64,000 nt of DNA, taken from assembly GCA_964482995.1 (NCBI GenBank), contig CAYZZC010000001.1, positions 4,867-68,866 on the forward strand, read 5' to 3'. Below, piece after piece: positions 61,521 to 64,000 of the stretch (within the stretch, counting starts at the first letter, position 1; every line of letters begins with the position of its first letter). The notes beneath the pieces are model-generated. The model ran no database searches. It saw only the letters and a list, made by a program, of their open reading frames with translations, and was not told the DNA's origin. The translations under genes and the position numbers were made by a program. This stretch comes from an uncultured Candidatus Saccharibacteria bacterium (GTDB taxonomy: Bacteria > Patescibacteriota > Minisyncoccia > Phycocordibacterales > SBAW01).

Positions 61521-64000
61521 CTATGCACTGCAACTTTCGCACTGCTCGCTTAGTATTTCTATCTTTGGGCGGTTGGTGACTGCAATAGACTCGCCACCGA
61601 ACTTTGGGATACCAGAAGAGACAGATACGCCAGGCATAGGGGCAGCCTCTGAAGCAGCGCCGCTCCTGGGGAGTGCGGTGATTTGCGCGTATGCCATATG
61701 GGCATACTCAACTGTGCTCTTTTCTGCAACTGTAATAGGCGAAAGGACGGGGTCGCCTATAGAGGACGTTGCTTCATCGATAATCCCGCGGGTCGAGACA
61801 GCAATCACCTCCTCAATAATCACTGTAGAGGGCACTGAACCAGAGTTTGAGGCAACGCTCGTCTCAGATTTGCTGGTGCCGCCGAACTTTTGCATGTTTA
61901 CAGTCGACTTCTCTATGCGTGAGGCGCCCATTGTGCGCAGGTAGTAGGTTGTTTTAAGCCCCAAGCTCCACGCGTATTGGTAGATGTCGGAGAGTACTTT
62001 GCCGGAGACGCCGCCGTAAAAGATATTGAGCGACTGCGACTGGTCTATCCAACGCCCGCGCCACGCGGCCGCCTTGATAAGCCATTGCGGCTCGATCTCA
62101 AACACCTCTTTATACTTCTCGCGTATTGCGGGCGGGATCTCGGTTATCGCTTGCACTGAGCCGTCGTGATATTTGATCTGCTCGAGCATATCACTGTTCC
62201 ATAGCCCCAACTTTTTAAGGTCTTCAACCAAAAACTCGTTCACCACCATAAAGTCGCCCGCCATGTTGCTCTTTACATAGAGGTTTTTGTAGATTGGCTC
62301 GATAGTTGGGTAGCAGCCGGCGATATTGGCGGTAGTGGCGGTCGGCGCGTTGGCCATGGTGTTGGAGTTGCGCATGCCCCACTGCCGCACTGCCTCTCGC
62401 ACGAGCCTCCAGTCGAGCGTCTCGTGTCGGGGGACGTCGATCTTCATACCGCGCTCCTGCTCTAAGAGAGCGATAGTGTCTTGCGGCATGATGCCACGAT
62501 CCCACTTAGAGCCCTTATATGTCTCGTATGGCCCGCGCTCTTTAGCGAGGAGCGCCGAGGAGAGTATTGCGTGGTAGGCTATTGCCTCCATGCTTTCGTC
62601 GGAGAAGCGTACTGCCTCGTCTGAGTCGAAGTTGATGCCCATTTTATACAGAGCATCTTGGAGCCCGCGCAGCCCTAAGCCCACGGGGCGGTGGCGCGAG
62701 TTGGAGCGCTTGGTGTTTTCGGTCGGGTAGTAGTTGACATCGATTACGTTGTCGAGCATGCGCATCGCAACGGGCACTACGCGCGCAACAGCGTCGCGGT
62801 CAAACCTGCCGCCCACAATAAAAGCAGAGAGGTTGATCGAGCCCAAGTTGCATACCGCAGTTTCAGTCGCAGAGGAGTTGAGCGTGATCTCGGTGCACAG
62901 GTTGCTGGAGTGCACGACGCCCACATGGTCTTGTGGTGAGCGGACGTTTGAAGGGTCCTTCCAGGTGATCCACGGATGGCCAGTTTCAAAGAGCATGGTG
63001 AGGTGCTTCTTCCAGAGCTCTTGAGCGCGGACCTTTTTAAACATTGGCATCGCTCCTGCATCGGCAAGATTTTCGTAATGGACATAGCGCTCATCAAACT
63101 TGCGGCCATAAAGATCGTGGAGATCAGGCACATCCGAAGGCGAAAAGAGTGTCCAATAGCCGTCTTCCTGAAGCCGCTTCATAAAGAGGTCGGGGATCCA
63201 GGTAGAGGTGTTGAGGTCGTGGGCGCGGCGGCGCTCGTCGCCTGTGTTTTTGCGGAGCTCCATAAAGTCCTCAATGTCGGCGTGCCAATACTCGAGGTAG
63301 ACTGCTGCAGCACCGCGGCGGCGGCCAGAGCGGTTGATCGAGATAGTGACGTCGTTGGCGATCTTAAGGAAGGGGATCACTCCTTGGCTCTCTACACCAG
63401 TACCCTTAATAAGCGAGCCAGTGGCGCGGACAGGAGTCCAGTCGGTGCCAGTGCCGCCTGCATATTTAAGCAGCTGGGCGTTGTCGGAGTACTCTTTAAA
63501 GATTGCATGGAGGTCGTCTGGCACAGTAGAGAGGAAGCAAGAAGAGAGCTGTGGGCGCATAAGGCCTGCATGGTAGAGGGTTGGCGAGGATGGGGTGTAG
63601 TACATCGAGGCCATGATCTCGTAAAACTCGACAGCCTGTGCGTTGCGCTCTTCTGGAGACTTCTCGTTTAGAGCGCAGCCCATCGCAATACGCATCCAAA
63701 ACATCTGCGGGGTCTCAATATGCTTGCGGGTGCCATGCTCGCGGGAAAGGTAGTTGGCATGGAGTGTCTGGAGGCCCAGGTACTTAAAGTCGCGGTCGCG
63801 CTCGACAACCAGTGCCTCGGCAAGGCGTGGGAGGTCGAAGTCGAGCATACGCGGGTCGTACTGGCCGATTGAGACACCGTGGTTGATCGACTCAATAAAC
63901 TTTTGTCGGTAAAACGTTTCTATTTTTTCATAATCGACTTCGCCCATGACGTCGCGGTAGATCGATTGCAAAAGCAAACGTGCGGCAACAAAACTGTGTG
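61521..64000 (-). CDS. nrdA: Ribonucleotide reductase class I alpha subunit, partial (5' end beyond window), with extended C-terminal tail
   Basis: SINRSGRRRGAAAVYLEYWHADIEDFMELRKN, NLCTEI and a C-terminal CESC pair. The frame stays open to the window edge, and the listed Met is a TTG. Confidence 0.9.
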   Translation of the reverse strand, partial: HSFVAARLLLQSIYRDVMGEVDYEKIETFYRQKFIESINHGVSIGQYDPRMLDFDLPRLAEALVVERDRDFKYLGLQTLHANYLSREHGTRKHIETPQMFWMRIAMGCALNEKSPEERNAQAVEFYEIMASMYYTPSSPTLYHAGLMRPQLSSCFLSTVPDDLHAIFKEYSDNAQLLKYAGGTGTDWTPVRATGSLIKGTGVESQGVIPFLKIANDVTISINRSGRRRGAAAVYLEYWHADIEDFMELRKNTGDERRRAHDLNTSTWIPDLFMKRLQEDGYWTLFSPSDVPDLHDLYGRKFDERYVHYENLADAGAMPMFKKVRAQELWKKHLTMLFETGHPWITWKDPSNVRSPQDHVGVVHSSNLCTEITLNSSATETAVCNLGSINLSAFIVGGRFDRDAVARVVPVAMRMLDNVIDVNYYPTENTKRSNSRHRPVGLGLRGLQDALYKMGINFDSDEAVRFSDESMEAIAYHAILSSALLAKERGPYETYKGSKWDRGIMPQDTIALLEQERGMKIDVPRHETLDWRLVREAVRQWGMRNSNTMANAPTATTANIAGCYPTIEPIYKNLYVKSNMAGDFMVVNEFLVEDLKKLGLWNSDMLEQIKYHDGSVQAITEIPPAIREKYKEVFEIEPQWLIKAAAWRGRWIDQSQSLNIFYGGVSGKVLSDIYQYAWSLGLKTTYYLRTMGASRIEKSTVNMQKFGGTSKSETSVASNSGSVPSTVIIEEVIAVSTRGIIDEATSSIGDPVLSPITVAEKSTVEYAHMAYAQITALPRSGAASEAAPMPGVSVSSGIPKFGGESIAVTNRPKIEILSEQCESCSA

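Overview
This 64-kb window looks like chromosomal DNA from a small-genome bacterium. About 55% GC, many shortened housekeeping proteins and split or fused genes suggest a CPR/Patescibacteria-like lineage, but that is inference. Gene density is high and most genes are core information processing.

In order, the main genes are:
- split transketolase, a PfkB-family kinase and class II fructose-bisphosphate aldolase
- rplY, a coiled-coil lytic transglycosylase, rpmE, prfA, rpsB, a short tsf and tRNA-Thr
- a GT2 synthase followed by a thioredoxin-like membrane protein
- short pheS/pheT and gyrB
- a small surface/sortase island
- an N-terminally truncated thrS, dnaE, rnhB and rpmF
- a NusB-NUDIX fusion, rnc, a TrpR-like regulator flanked by palindromes, and a hinge-less SMC
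- rnr, then an 8.45-kb gene for a 2816-aa giant surface protein with an N-terminal helix-turn-helix
- rpsP, a KH-domain protein and trmD
- a single 2283-aa ORF fusing rpoB and rpoC
- dnaG, rpoD, a stand-alone cyanophycin-synthetase-like ATP-grasp protein, a RecB-family nuclease, a DsbA-like protein and a DEDDy exonuclease
- hisS, truB, nrdB and a partial nrdA

No CRISPR array, rRNA gene or transposase was seen. The most notable items are:
- the giant HTH-anchored modular surface protein, which carries a near-identical 1.8-kb internal tandem duplication
- the rpoB-rpoC fusion
- two families of repeated palindromic or hairpin elements: CCTGCCTGC-GCAGGCAGG, and a conserved-core long hairpin between convergent genes
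- the TrpR-like cassette inserted at the rnc-smc junction
- compositionally atypical inserted genes at 17827 and 30756
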